From the NCBI GenBank assembly GCA_949287425.1, contig CASEGJ010000003.1:8993-72992 (forward strand): a stretch of 64,000 bases of DNA, in the 5' to 3' direction. The DNA is from an uncultured Bacillales bacterium (GTDB lineage: Bacteria > Bacillota_I > Bacilli_A > RFN20 > CAG-288). Within the stretch, counting starts at the first letter, position 1. Every line of letters begins with the position of its first letter. The notes under the pieces were generated by a model that was not told the origin of the DNA, ran no database searches, and worked only from the letters and a program-made list of their open reading frames with translations. A program made the translations under genes and the position numbers. Shown in pieces: positions 11,513-20,978 of this stretch.

Positions 11513-12592
11513 TTATATTTTATATTTTTTAGAATATGGTATTTGCTTAGTAATACAGTGGATATTTCCTCCACCTAACAAAATTTCTTTTGAATATATT
11601 TGAATAATCTCTTTTTTTCCTTTATAAAAATCATTCAATATAGAATAAGCAATTCTATCTTCTTCAACGTTAAATTTTGGAAGAATAATAAACTTATCAG
11701 ACATATAGAAATTTACATAACTTCCTGCTAATCTTCTTCCTTGTTTTCTATCAATAGACAAAGAATTTTTAATTAGGCCATCTTCTTCTGTTTTAGATAA
11801 ATACATATTTGATGGAACAGGAACTTTAATAACTTTATACCCGTAATCAATCAATTCTTTTTCATCGAGTAAAGACCTTTCATATTGAGGGTCATTTTTA
11901 TCTAAACACGTTGATAATAAAATCGTGCTTTCGTCTAAAAAACAAGCGATATTATCAACATGTCCACTAGTTTCATCGTTATATATACCATAAGTTAAAT
12001 AATCTACTTGATTAACGTTTAATGCTTTTTTTAATCTTTCAGTTATTTGATTTTGATTTAACATAGGATTTCTTCCTAAAGATAACAAACACTCTTTAGT
12101 AGTAAGTAATTTACCTTTTCCGTTTGAATGAATAGATCCACCTTCTAAAATAAAATCTTTATAAGCAATCCGAGGAATATTTAATTCTTTTAATAATTTT
12201 TGTCCAATTGAATTATCTTCTTGATAATTAGAATACAACCCATTGTAACTTCCACCCCAAGCGTTAAAGCCAAAATCAACACCAAGTAAATTATCTTCGT
12301 CATCTTTTAAAAAGACAGGTAAATTATCTCGAGCCCAAGCGTCGTTATATTCAATGTTTTTTAAAATAACATTATTTAATTGTTTGAGTTTTTCTAAATA
12401 TTGTTTATTTACTTTTTTAGAATAAATTACCAGTACTTTTTCATGTTTAGAGATCGCCTTTATTACATTAAAATATTCTTCTAAAGCAGGAAGAGAATGC
12501 TCTCTCCATGTATCTTCTCTAAAAGGAAGTAAAATACATGTTAAAAGGTGTTTTTCTCCTTCAAAAGGAAAATAATATCTTGAAATATCCAT
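11513..12592 (-). CDS. aguA: agmatine deiminase
   Basis: 359 aa; WARD and C-terminal GGGNIHCITKQ catalytic-Cys motif of the agmatine/porphyromonas-type deiminase family. Confidence 0.85.
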   Translation of the reverse strand: MDISRYYFPFEGEKHLLTCILLPFREDTWREHSLPALEEYFNVIKAISKHEKVLVIYSKKVNKQYLEKLKQLNNVILKNIEYNDAWARDNLPVFLKDDEDNLLGVDFGFNAWGGSYNGLYSNYQEDNSIGQKLLKELNIPRIAYKDFILEGGSIHSNGKGKLLTTKECLLSLGRNPMLNQNQITERLKKALNVNQVDYLTYGIYNDETSGHVDNIACFLDESTILLSTCLDKNDPQYERSLLDEKELIDYGYKVIKVPVPSNMYLSKTEEDGLIKNSLSIDRKQGRRLAGSYVNFYMSDKFIILPKFNVEEDRIAYSILNDFYKGKKEIIQIYSKEILLGGGNIHCITKQIPYSKKYKI

Positions 12593-12593
12593 T

Positions 12594-13508
12594 TTATTTA
12601 GTTAATTCTACAGCAATTTGAGCCGCTAATTTTGCGTTATTTTTAATTAATTCAATATTGGCATTTAAAGATTCGCCTTTAGTTAATTCTACAATTTTAG
12701 CTAATAAAAATGGCGTGATATCTTTACCTAGAATATTTTCTTCTTCAGCTTGTTTTATAGCTTTAGAAATATAATGTTCCATTAAATCTACATCGAGAGA
12801 ATATTTTTCAGGAATAGGATTAACAATTAAACTCGCTTGATTTAATTTCAAAGCGTCGTTTGCTTTAATAATATTGGCGATTTGCTCAGGATTTTGACAA
12901 GTTTGCTGTAATTTAAATTTAGAAGTTCTCGAATAAAATAAAGGCAATCTATCAACTTGATATCCTATAATAGGAACTCCTTTAGTTTCTAAGTATTCTA
13001 AAGTTAATGGAATATCTAAAATTGCTTTAGGCCCAGCACAAACCACGTTGACATTTGATTTTGAAAATTCATCTAAATCAGCAGAGATATCAAAAGTTTT
13101 ATTTCCATTACGATGAACTCCACCAATTCCACCAGTAGCAAAAATTTTAATGTTAGCTAATTTCGCTAGTATCATAGTTGCAGCAACCGTTGTAGCTCCA
13201 GATAATTTATTAGCTAAACAATAACCTAAATCTCTTCTAGAAACTTTCATAATTTGGTGCTGATTTTTACCAAAGGATTCAATTTCATCAGGAGTCATAC
13301 CTATTTTAATTTTGCCATTTAAAATTCCAATAGTTACTGGTATACCTCCTTGCAATCTAACTTCATGTTCAACCGCTAATGCTGTTTCAACATTTTGAGG
13401 ATAAGGCATACCATGAGAAATAATTGTAGTTTCTAAAGCGACAGCTGGTTTATTTTCAAAAGATGGAATGTTTTTTAATTGTTCTTGTATTTGTTGAAAT
13501 AAATCCAT
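12594..13508 (-). CDS. psuG: pseudouridine-5'-phosphate glycosidase
   Basis: 304 aa; IndA/PsuG fold motifs (GIPVTIG, ATGGIGGVHR). Confidence 0.85.
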   Translation of the reverse strand: MDLFQQIQEQLKNIPSFENKPAVALETTIISHGMPYPQNVETALAVEHEVRLQGGIPVTIGILNGKIKIGMTPDEIESFGKNQHQIMKVSRRDLGYCLANKLSGATTVAATMILAKLANIKIFATGGIGGVHRNGNKTFDISADLDEFSKSNVNVVCAGPKAILDIPLTLEYLETKGVPIIGYQVDRLPLFYSRTSKFKLQQTCQNPEQIANIIKANDALKLNQASLIVNPIPEKYSLDVDLMEHYISKAIKQAEEENILGKDITPFLLAKIVELTKGESLNANIELIKNNAKLAAQIAVELTK

Positions 13509-13522
13509 ATTCTATTCTCCTT

Positions 13523-14020
13523 CTAATTAACAATTTTTAAGTATTCTAGCATAATAACAACATTCATTACATCTAATTGATTATCACGATTAACTTCTAA
13601 ATAAAAATAATTTGTCCATTTGGTATCATCAACATAAACTTTACCAACTTCTTTTTTGTTTTCATCCAAAATAACATAATTCTGAGTAAATAAATTACCA
13701 TCATATGAATAGTTTTTATAATTCAAATTAAATGATGCCTTACATAAACAAATACCTTTTCTAACAATTTTTCCTAAATTATTAGAATGAGAATCACTAA
13801 CATCAATATATGGATAAATAGAAAGTTTATGTACTTTATAATTACAAATTAAATTTTTAGATTTATCTAATAATTGTAAACTTTTAACTAACCCACTTTT
13901 ATTTAAAATATAAAAATCTGCTTTTAGAGTTTCTAAATTAATAATTTCTGTTATTGAATTTATTAAAAATTCATTTGATATTTTATATTTCAATTTGATC
14001 ATATTTCTAAATCCAAACAA
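13523..14020 (-). CDS. hypothetical protein (165 aa), first gene of the psuG-aguA-aguB operon
   Basis: ORF only; no recognisable motifs. Confidence 0.45.
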   Translation of the reverse strand: MFGFRNMIKLKYKISNEFLINSITEIINLETLKADFYILNKSGLVKSLQLLDKSKNLICNYKVHKLSIYPYIDVSDSHSNNLGKIVRKGICLCKASFNLNYKNYSYDGNLFTQNYVILDENKKEVGKVYVDDTKWTNYFYLEVNRDNQLDVMNVVIMLEYLKIVN

Positions 14021-14182
14021 TTAAATTAATAAATACACTTTTAATATTATAATATTTTTAAATTTACATCTATTATATTTTGTTAGCTTATCTACTTAAT
14101 GATTTATTTCTTGTTATAAAACCAAAGTTATTACACATACACTTATAATTTTACTTTATTCAAACTTAGAAAATTATAAAGA

Positions 14183-14565
14183 CAAAATAAAAATTCCAAG
14201 AACCCTTGGAATCTTTATAGAGGGAAGGAAATCTCATTTCGTGATACTTTCAATAGCCTTTGCTCTCTTCTTCTTTAGTGACTTTCTTCCGCATTTAACG
14301 TTTCAAATTTCGAATTTTTTTCATTATTTTCATAACTACTTTCATTACCTACACTGGTAATTACTTTTCCGTTCTACTTAACACAACCTTTGTTAAATTA
14401 GTCTTCTTTCTACTTTTTTCTTTCTACTTTCAGAAAAGTTTTATTTTTTTCCTTTTTGATATCATCTCCTACTTGTAGATTTCAACTATGCGGCTGTCTT
14501 TACTTTTTCAGGCTTTGAGTTCAGAAGTGGAACTTATTGTTCTTTATTTTTCCTTCCCTCATCTA
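14183..14565 (-). ncRNA. candidate novel structured RNA (~380 nt): own promoter, 12-bp terminal helix, AAGUAG repeats, intrinsic terminator
   Basis: No ORF >=60 aa in any frame over 14040-14730. Minus-strand TTGACT (rc 14589-14594)-N16-TAGAAT (rc 14567-14572) places the TSS at the 5' arm GAGGGAAGGAAA (rc 14549-14560), which pairs perfectly with UUUCCUUCCCUC (rc 14220-14231). The 3' arm is followed by terminator ATTCCAAG-GGTT-CTTGGAAT+U-run (14183-14212). Confidence 0.45.
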
Positions 14566-14732
14566 TATTCTACCTGAGATTTAAATAAAGTCAAGGGTAA
14601 AATCGCAAAAAATTTAAAATAGTTGAATTTTAAGCGGTTACTTAGTTTACTAACTTGTTTTAATTAACACGTTTACGTTGCGTATTTTTATTGTTTTTAA
14701 CCCTATAATTTATTTTTGTTATAATTATTTAT

Positions 14733-15596
14733 ATGAAAGTTGATAAAACTAAGCTAAAATCTTCTATCATTAAATTAACTATCTCAGCAGTTATAATTGC
14801 CGGAATTTGTGTCGGTGTATATTTTTTATATAAGCATTTTGGCTTAAATAATATAAGTGCTGATCAAATTAAAAAAATTGTTCAAGATAGTGGAGCTTAC
14901 GGAGCTATTATTTTTATTTTGATTTCTTTCTTGCAAGTTACTTTTATTCCTATTCCTTCAACTGTAACTATTGTTGCTGGTTCATATTTATTTGGCGCCA
15001 TGAATTCGTTTTGGCTTTCATATATTGGTATTTTACTTGGCTCATTTCTCGCTTTCTTTTTAGGTAGATTAATTGGGAAGCCTTTTGTTTACTGGGTGGT
15101 GGGTAGTAAAGATACTGTTGAAAAATATCTTATAAAATTAAAAGGTAAAGAAAAAATCTTACTGTTTTTTATGTTTCTATTTCCTTTCTTTCCTGATGAT
15201 GCACTATGTGCTATAGCTGGGATAACTAATTTATCTTGGATAGCATTTATATTAATGCAATTACTTACTAGAGCTATAGCTATTTTTGGCAATATATTAT
15301 TTTTATCTGGAGAATTTATTCCTTTTGATGAGCCTTGGGGAATAAGCTTAATTGTAATCCTATCTATCCTAGGTGTTGTTGGATTTATTATTTGTATGAA
15401 ATATTCAGAACAAATTCAAAACTATATAATCAAAATAATAGACAAGATATTTTTAAAGATGAAAAACAAATCGTCTAAAAATGTAAATTCTAATACTTCT
15501 ATATATCAAAATAAAGAAACCGATAATCAAAATATAACTATAGAAAATTCTATTAAAGATACATCAAGTCCAAAAGAACAAAACAAAAAAGAATAA
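14733..15596 (+). CDS. DedA/SNARE-associated (TVP38/TMEM64) family membrane protein
   Basis: 287 aa; multi-TM; conserved G-rich re-entrant helix region (VTIVAGSYLFG). Confidence 0.75.
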   Translation: MKVDKTKLKSSIIKLTISAVIIAGICVGVYFLYKHFGLNNISADQIKKIVQDSGAYGAIIFILISFLQVTFIPIPSTVTIVAGSYLFGAMNSFWLSYIGILLGSFLAFFLGRLIGKPFVYWVVGSKDTVEKYLIKLKGKEKILLFFMFLFPFFPDDALCAIAGITNLSWIAFILMQLLTRAIAIFGNILFLSGEFIPFDEPWGISLIVILSILGVVGFIICMKYSEQIQNYIIKIIDKIFLKMKNKSSKNVNSNTSIYQNKETDNQNITIENSIKDTSSPKEQNKKE

Positions 15597-15753
15597 GTTT
15601 TATTTACAAAATAAGCTTTCTAAACGCGTTTTTATTAATAAACAAAAACTGGCTAGTCATTTTTTGTTGACTTTTATTTTTAAAATATCTATACTAAAAA
15701 CAAGTTAAATATTTAACGCACGCAAAACTATATCTTAAAGAAAGGACAAAATT

Positions 15754-16734
15754 ATGAAAAAAATTTATTTGCCTTTTGCTATTTTAACTTTAGCACTAGT
15801 TTCTTGTTCAACAACCACTAGTCAAATTAGCTCTTCTATTGAGACTTCTTCTAGTCCGACTAGCACGCCTGTTTCTAGCACCAATTCAGAATCTCCTATT
15901 GTAAGTTCTGAACCTAATCTTGATTCAACTGCTTCAAATCCTACTTCATCAGATATTTCTTCTGAATCAACTTCTAGTTCTCCTACTTCTTCTATCGATT
16001 CACCTTTAACTTGGGATGATGAAACTGACACTTTTATTAGAAGATGTTTAGATGGTCAAACTTTACCTGCTTTTGATATTGGACTAGATTTATCATTATT
16101 AGGTGGCCAAAGCCAATTAATTATAACTACTACTCAAGAAGGTAATTATGATGATGTTGTTTTACCTATTTTAGATACATTACAAGAAGCAGGCTTTGTC
16201 GATAATACCGATAATTATGTCGGCCTTGCAGAAGGAGAACACATCTTAAAAGGTCGAGTTAACGATGTAAATATTCAAATTGATCTTGCTTTAGCCGGTA
16301 ATGTTTTAACTCAAGCAAACAATTATACTCCTACTAGTTATTCAACTACGACTGGCTATTTATATTTATTTGCTAATTCTCAAGTGGTTATCACTAGCTT
16401 CCCTGAAGATGATTTAAAACTATATTCTCAATATTATTTAGGCTTAACTAATATTATGTTAGCTCCTGATTCCACCAATATAACTGAATACGAAATTCAG
16501 TTGTATCAAGGAATATTATCTAACTATGCATTAGGATTAATTTGCTATACATCTTTAGATACAACCCCTGAAGATGAAGCATTAAATTATATGAATCTTT
16601 TAATTGATAATAGTTATAATTACGATTCTGAATCAGGCATATTTATCACGCCTACTTCAGATGGAATAATATATATTATTGCTGATACTAATTCATTTAC
16701 AATCTGTTTAGAAGCTATTCCTTCTAATATTTAA
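15754..16734 (+). CDS. lipoprotein with Ser/Thr-rich linker
   Basis: Signal peptide plus lipobox LVSC; ~80-aa S/T/P low-complexity linker. Confidence 0.7.
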   Translation: MKKIYLPFAILTLALVSCSTTTSQISSSIETSSSPTSTPVSSTNSESPIVSSEPNLDSTASNPTSSDISSESTSSSPTSSIDSPLTWDDETDTFIRRCLDGQTLPAFDIGLDLSLLGGQSQLIITTTQEGNYDDVVLPILDTLQEAGFVDNTDNYVGLAEGEHILKGRVNDVNIQIDLALAGNVLTQANNYTPTSYSTTTGYLYLFANSQVVITSFPEDDLKLYSQYYLGLTNIMLAPDSTNITEYEIQLYQGILSNYALGLICYTSLDTTPEDEALNYMNLLIDNSYNYDSESGIFITPTSDGIIYIIADTNSFTICLEAIPSNI

Positions 16735-16769
16735 TTTAAGCTAGTAATACTTCCTTTTCATAATAAGTT

Positions 16770-16803
16770 AAAAGGCAGTAAACCTGATTTGCTGCCTTTT
16801 ATT
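16770..16803. terminator. bidirectional terminator between lipoprotein (+) and maa (-)
   Basis: AAAAGGCAG...CTGCCTTTT 8-9 bp stem. Confidence 0.5.
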
Positions 16804-17407
16804 CTTGATAGTATTGCTTAGCTAATTCCACCCACTTTTTATGATCTAAATCAGTAATTTGCCTAACTACTTTACACGGATTTCCACACGCTACAACATT
16901 AGAAGGTATATCTTTAGTTACTACACTTCCAGAACCAATAACGACATTATCACCAATAGTAACTCCTGGATTAATAGTAACACTTCCTCCTATCCAAACA
17001 TCGTTACCTATATTGATAGGATATCCATATTCCAAATTAGAGTTTCTTACCTGTTTATCTATAGGATGACCAGCTGTATATAAACTAACTCTAGGAGCCA
17101 TAAAGCAATTGTTTCCAATATTAATTTGATTAACATCTAGCATAATGCAATCAAAATTCGCGTAGAAATTATCACCGACAGAAATATTAGAACCATAATC
17201 ACAATGAAACGGCTTTTCAAGATGGAAATTTTTTCCAACATGTTTAAAAAGCTTGCTTGCAATTTGATTTCTTTTTTCCACTTCTCCATATTTTGTAGAA
17301 TTTAATTCGTCTAACAATCTATTTCTTCTTGCTCTATCTTCTGTTAAAGAGCCATCTTTATAAGCTGAATACAATTTGCCAGCAAGCATCTTTTCTTTTT
17401 CAGTCAT
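16799..17407 (-). CDS. maa: maltose/galactoside O-acetyltransferase (hexapeptide-repeat)
   Basis: 202 aa; left-handed beta-helix hexapeptide repeats, N-terminal Mac domain. Confidence 0.85.
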   Translation of the reverse strand: MTEKEKMLAGKLYSAYKDGSLTEDRARRNRLLDELNSTKYGEVEKRNQIASKLFKHVGKNFHLEKPFHCDYGSNISVGDNFYANFDCIMLDVNQINIGNNCFMAPRVSLYTAGHPIDKQVRNSNLEYGYPINIGNDVWIGGSVTINPGVTIGDNVVIGSGSVVTKDIPSNVVACGNPCKVVRQITDLDHKKWVELAKQYYQE

Positions 17408-17448
17408 ATCATCAACCTTTTTAAAAGGGCTATTGCTAGCCCTTAAAA

Positions 17449-18201
17449 TTATTTTGCTTTTCCTTGGTTAGCAACTGCTTGTTGTTTAGCAGCAACACTA
17501 GCAGCATCACCTAAATATCCTTTAGAGACAACGTGTAAGTTTTCATCTAAATGATAAACTAAAGGTACACCAGTAGGGATATTTAATCCAGCGATATCTT
17601 CATCAGAGATATTATCTAAATATTTAACTAAAGCTCTTAATGAATTACCGTGTGCAGTAACTAGTACTTTCTTATCTTCTTTTAATAAAGGCACAATGTG
17701 TTCTTCATAATAAGGGACAACTCTAGCAATGGTATCTTTTAAAGATTCACATAAAGGTAATTTGGATTTATCAACGTTAGCATAAGCTTTTTGTAAAGCT
17801 GGATTTCTTGAATCTGTAGCTTCTAATTCAGGAGGTCTAACATCGAAAGATCTTCTCCATAATTTAACTTGACCTTCTCCGTATTTTTCAGCGGTTTCAG
17901 CTTTATTTAATCCTTGTAAAGCTCCGTAATGTCTTTCGTTTAATTCCCAAGCTTTAATAACAGGTAAATAGCATTCATCCATGCTATCTAAAGCGTAATT
18001 TAATGTATGAATAGCTCTTTTTAAATAAGAAGTAAAACAAACATCGAAAGTGTAACCTTCTTTAGCTAATAAAGCTCCAGCCTCTTTAGCTTCTTTAACA
18101 CCTTGTTCAGATAAATCAACATCAGTCCAACCGGTGAAAAGATTGAGTTTGTTCCATTCAGATTCGCCATGTCTTAATAAGACTAAAATTTTTTCGCTCA
18201 T
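17449..18201 (-). CDS. gpmA: 2,3-bisphosphoglycerate-dependent phosphoglycerate mutase
   Basis: 250 aa; [10 protein letters not shown] catalytic His motif. Confidence 0.95.
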   Translation of the reverse strand: MSEKILVLLRHGESEWNKLNLFTGWTDVDLSEQGVKEAKEAGALLAKEGYTFDVCFTSYLKRAIHTLNYALDSMDECYLPVIKAWELNERHYGALQGLNKAETAEKYGEGQVKLWRRSFDVRPPELEATDSRNPALQKAYANVDKSKLPLCESLKDTIARVVPYYEEHIVPLLKEDKKVLVTAHGNSLRALVKYLDNISDEDIAGLNIPTGVPLVYHLDENLHVVSKGYLGDAASVAAKQQAVANQGKAK

Positions 18202-18319
18202 TTGACTTTTCCTTTCTTTTTTCTTACCACATCACTTTAGCACATTTTTTTGTTTTTTAATAGTCAAAAATCTTTTAAACAAAAGCATTTAAATTAAAAA
18301 ATAAACAAAGTGTTAAATC

Positions 18320-18988
18320 TCAATAAACTTCGATAGAGAAAAACGTCAAAATTCTAGAAGCGTTATGTATTGAAGAGTATCTACCAAAACTTAAGAATAT
18401 TCTATCTAAGAAATGATAGTCAGCTACTTGTTTATCATTAACTTCACTTTTTAAATTTTCTTGATTAGTATAGTCATAATATAAATAATCAAGACTAGCT
18501 TCCTTAATAGAAATAAAATTATCTGGGTATGAATAATCTAAATCACATAGAGAATAATTTCTTTCTTTAAGATAAGTTCCATCTTCGTTTCCAATATCAA
18601 AAAGCGATTGAATATCTAAACTATTTTCAACTTTATCACTTTGATAGTAAGTTAAATCAGCTTTATTTATAATATCGCCTATATGAATGTTAAAAATAGA
18701 ACTATCTTTATTGCAAGTTAAAATCTTTAATAGTTTACTATCTTTAAAAACAATTTTTTTGGATTTATCTTTAGAAGTAAAAATTACATAATTGGAAACT
18801 TCGCTTTTAATATAATTAGTATCTTTTTGAATTTTATTAAAGGCTTCATCATCTAAAAAAGAATAATCAATTCCAGTGCTAGTTTCTAAAATATAGTTTA
18901 GTTCATCTTTTACTTTTTGTTCGTTATTACAAGAAGATAAAGTTAAACTAGTTAATAATATTAAAAAATAGCTTAATATCTTTTTCAT
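18320..18988 (-). CDS. lipoprotein, member of a tandem paralog family
   Basis: Lipobox LSSC; shares blocks with the two upstream paralogs (e.g. YVIFTSKD.../YKVFRSNDD...). Confidence 0.65.
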   Translation of the reverse strand: MKKILSYFLILLTSLTLSSCNNEQKVKDELNYILETSTGIDYSFLDDEAFNKIQKDTNYIKSEVSNYVIFTSKDKSKKIVFKDSKLLKILTCNKDSSIFNIHIGDIINKADLTYYQSDKVENSLDIQSLFDIGNEDGTYLKERNYSLCDLDYSYPDNFISIKEASLDYLYYDYTNQENLKSEVNDKQVADYHFLDRIFLSFGRYSSIHNASRILTFFSIEVY

Positions 18989-19596
18989 AATACCCCCTTA
19001 AAAGAAAATTCAAAATTAAACAAAGTTTGATATGGACTTTCTTTATTATATGAATAGGCTAAAGTTAATTTATCATCATAAATAAATTCTCTATAAGAAT
19101 AAGTGATGTTTTCATATGTAAAATCTACATAATTTACTGGATTTTCTACTTCTTTATATCCTTTTAAATTCAATAATTCTGATAAAGAGTCATACTGATT
19201 TTTAACTAGTGGATTGTCTTTTGATAAAATTGTATTACTACCTATAAAAAAACCATAAATTGATGATAAGATATTCGTATATATAATATCATCTGTATTT
19301 GTGTATTGATTTTGAGAAGTGGTTTCAACCTTTCTTAAAATATTTTCTCTATCTATATAAATCTTATGCTTATTATGAACATCTGCATAAATAGTATATG
19401 ACTCGTTTTGCTCTTCTAAATTATATTGAAGTTCTAAATATTTACTGTTAGCTCTTCTTCCTACTAACATGCCTAAATTAGTGATTTCTTTAGTAAGATT
19501 AATAACTTCATCAAGAATATTTGTTTTACTAATTGAAGACTGACAAGAAGTTAATAATATAAAAGGTAAACATAGTAATATTACTTTCTTTTTCAT
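18985..19596 (-). CDS. lipoprotein paralog (start trimmed to MKKKVILL... at 19596)
   Basis: Lipobox LTSC. Confidence 0.6.
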   Translation of the reverse strand: MKKKVILLCLPFILLTSCQSSISKTNILDEVINLTKEITNLGMLVGRRANSKYLELQYNLEEQNESYTIYADVHNKHKIYIDRENILRKVETTSQNQYTNTDDIIYTNILSSIYGFFIGSNTILSKDNPLVKNQYDSLSELLNLKGYKEVENPVNYVDFTYENITYSYREFIYDDKLTLAYSYNKESPYQTLFNFEFSFKGVL

Positions 19597-19606
19597 ATTG
19601 ATTCTC

Positions 19607-20185
19607 CTATTCATATTGAATAAAAAAAGCATAGAGTTTTACATTTGTTATACTAGAACTAAGCGTACCAAAAATAGTTTTACCAGCGCATTGATAAAAA
19701 GCCCAATTTGCTTGAGATTTATTGCCATTATTATCAATTTCAGTTCTAGAGCCAATTAAATAGATATCATCGAAAAAAGTACCAGATAAGATATAATCTT
19801 TAGAATATTTTGAATTAAAATCTAAATTCAAATATTCATAAAATTCAGTAAAATTACCTGTTCCAATTTGCCATCCTAAAATTGAAGATTTTGTATCGTA
19901 TGTTAAAAACCTATATAAGGTGTTACTATTATCAAAATAATAGTAGTTTAAATCATCATTAGATCTAAAAACTTTATAGCTATTCCAATCTTCTAAAACG
20001 TAATTATCATCTTGAGAAAGCTTATCAAAAGCTTTGTTATCTCCTATTTTATATTCTTGATTAACTATATGATTATCTTGAAGATTTCTTAATTCATTAT
20101 AAGAAAGTAATTGACACGAACTAAGAAAAATCAAAGAAAACAATGTAATTAAAATAAATGTTTTTTTCATAACCGTCTTTTTCAA
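19607..20185 (-). CDS. lipoprotein paralog
   Basis: Lipobox LSSC; similar to 18320-18988. Confidence 0.65.
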   Translation of the reverse strand: MKKTVMKKTFILITLFSLIFLSSCQLLSYNELRNLQDNHIVNQEYKIGDNKAFDKLSQDDNYVLEDWNSYKVFRSNDDLNYYYFDNSNTLYRFLTYDTKSSILGWQIGTGNFTEFYEYLNLDFNSKYSKDYILSGTFFDDIYLIGSRTEIDNNGNKSQANWAFYQCAGKTIFGTLSSSITNVKLYAFFIQYE

Positions 20186-20213
20186 TACCTTTCTTACTTT
20201 TAACGAATTACAA

Positions 20214-20227
20214 ATATATATATATAT
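20214..20227. repeat. (AT)7 dinucleotide repeat in divergent promoter region
   Basis: atatatatatatat, ~30-45 nt upstream of lipoprotein start 20185. Confidence 0.8.
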
Positions 20228-20436
20228 TTAATATACTTACACTTTTATTATAAATCGTTTTTTTGATGGTCAATATTTGTGTTTTTGTTAGCTAGCTAAC
20301 TTGTTTTAGTCTTACTAACTTTCCAATTTATGTATTATTGAAACACATAGTAAGCTGCTATCAACAAAAATAATTAGTTTTAAAAGTACATATATTGTAT
20401 ACTAATAAATAGTGTTTTATATTTGGAGGAAACAAA

Positions 20437-20910
20437 ATGGCTAATAGTTATAACAATCGCACATTTAAAATTAAAACATCATCAAATCCAAAGTTAATTT
20501 TTGCAATTATCGCTTTAATTCTCGGTTTAGCTTCTCTTTTCTTTTTATTAGCTCCTGGAATAAATTTCACTTATGCTGGCTCTAGCAAATTACATACCAT
20601 TTCTTTAGGTGGGTTAGTTTGGGGATCAACTTATACTAATCTTTCTGCCGGATTAGTTGTCGCTTTCTTTTTAGGAATCGTCGCTAGTTTATTAGCTTTA
20701 GCTACTCCTGGTTTACATTTTATAGGTTATTTAGCTGGATTATTGTTTATTGCTTGTGGGGCTTTATATTTTTCAGCTATTCCTCTTTTAGCAGATGATT
20801 TAAAAATTATCGGCTATGGAAGTATAAGCTTAGGCTATGGTGTTTATACGGCTGGTATTTGTCAATTTATTGCAGCTATATTATCGTTTATAGCAGCCTA
20901 TGGCGAGTAG
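20437..20910 (+). CDS. 4-TM small membrane protein (paralog pair A)
   Basis: 157 aa; four hydrophobic helices; related C-terminus (ICQFIAAILSFIAAYG) to the next gene. Confidence 0.6.
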   Translation: MANSYNNRTFKIKTSSNPKLIFAIIALILGLASLFFLLAPGINFTYAGSSKLHTISLGGLVWGSTYTNLSAGLVVAFFLGIVASLLALATPGLHFIGYLAGLLFIACGALYFSAIPLLADDLKIIGYGSISLGYGVYTAGICQFIAAILSFIAAYGE

Positions 20911-20978
20911 TTGTAAATTAATTAATTTAGTTATAAAATTACTATGCTATTTATTTAAAAATACAATTAGGAGAAATT

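Noticed and set aside
14183-14565. Interpreting the structured RNA candidate as RNase P RNA, tmRNA or SRP RNA
   Set aside because: Lacks GGAAAGUCC (CR-I) and the ACAGAA..CCGGCUUA P4 strand. It has no tRNA-like 5' GGGG / 3' ...CCACCA ends and no GUUCGAAUC T-loop. It has no GGAAGCAGC domain IV motif. The only similarity is a terminal helix.
13523-14565. Type III toxin-antitoxin (ToxIN-like): repeat RNA, terminator, then ~170-aa toxin gene
   Set aside because: The layout (promoter, repeat-containing RNA, terminator, 165-aa ORF) is reminiscent. However the internal repeats are short and imperfect, not tandem 34-40-nt units. The RNA is closed by a 12-bp terminal helix, and the 165-aa protein shows no ToxN/AbiQ-like similarity I can recognise. 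Kept only as a remote possibility.
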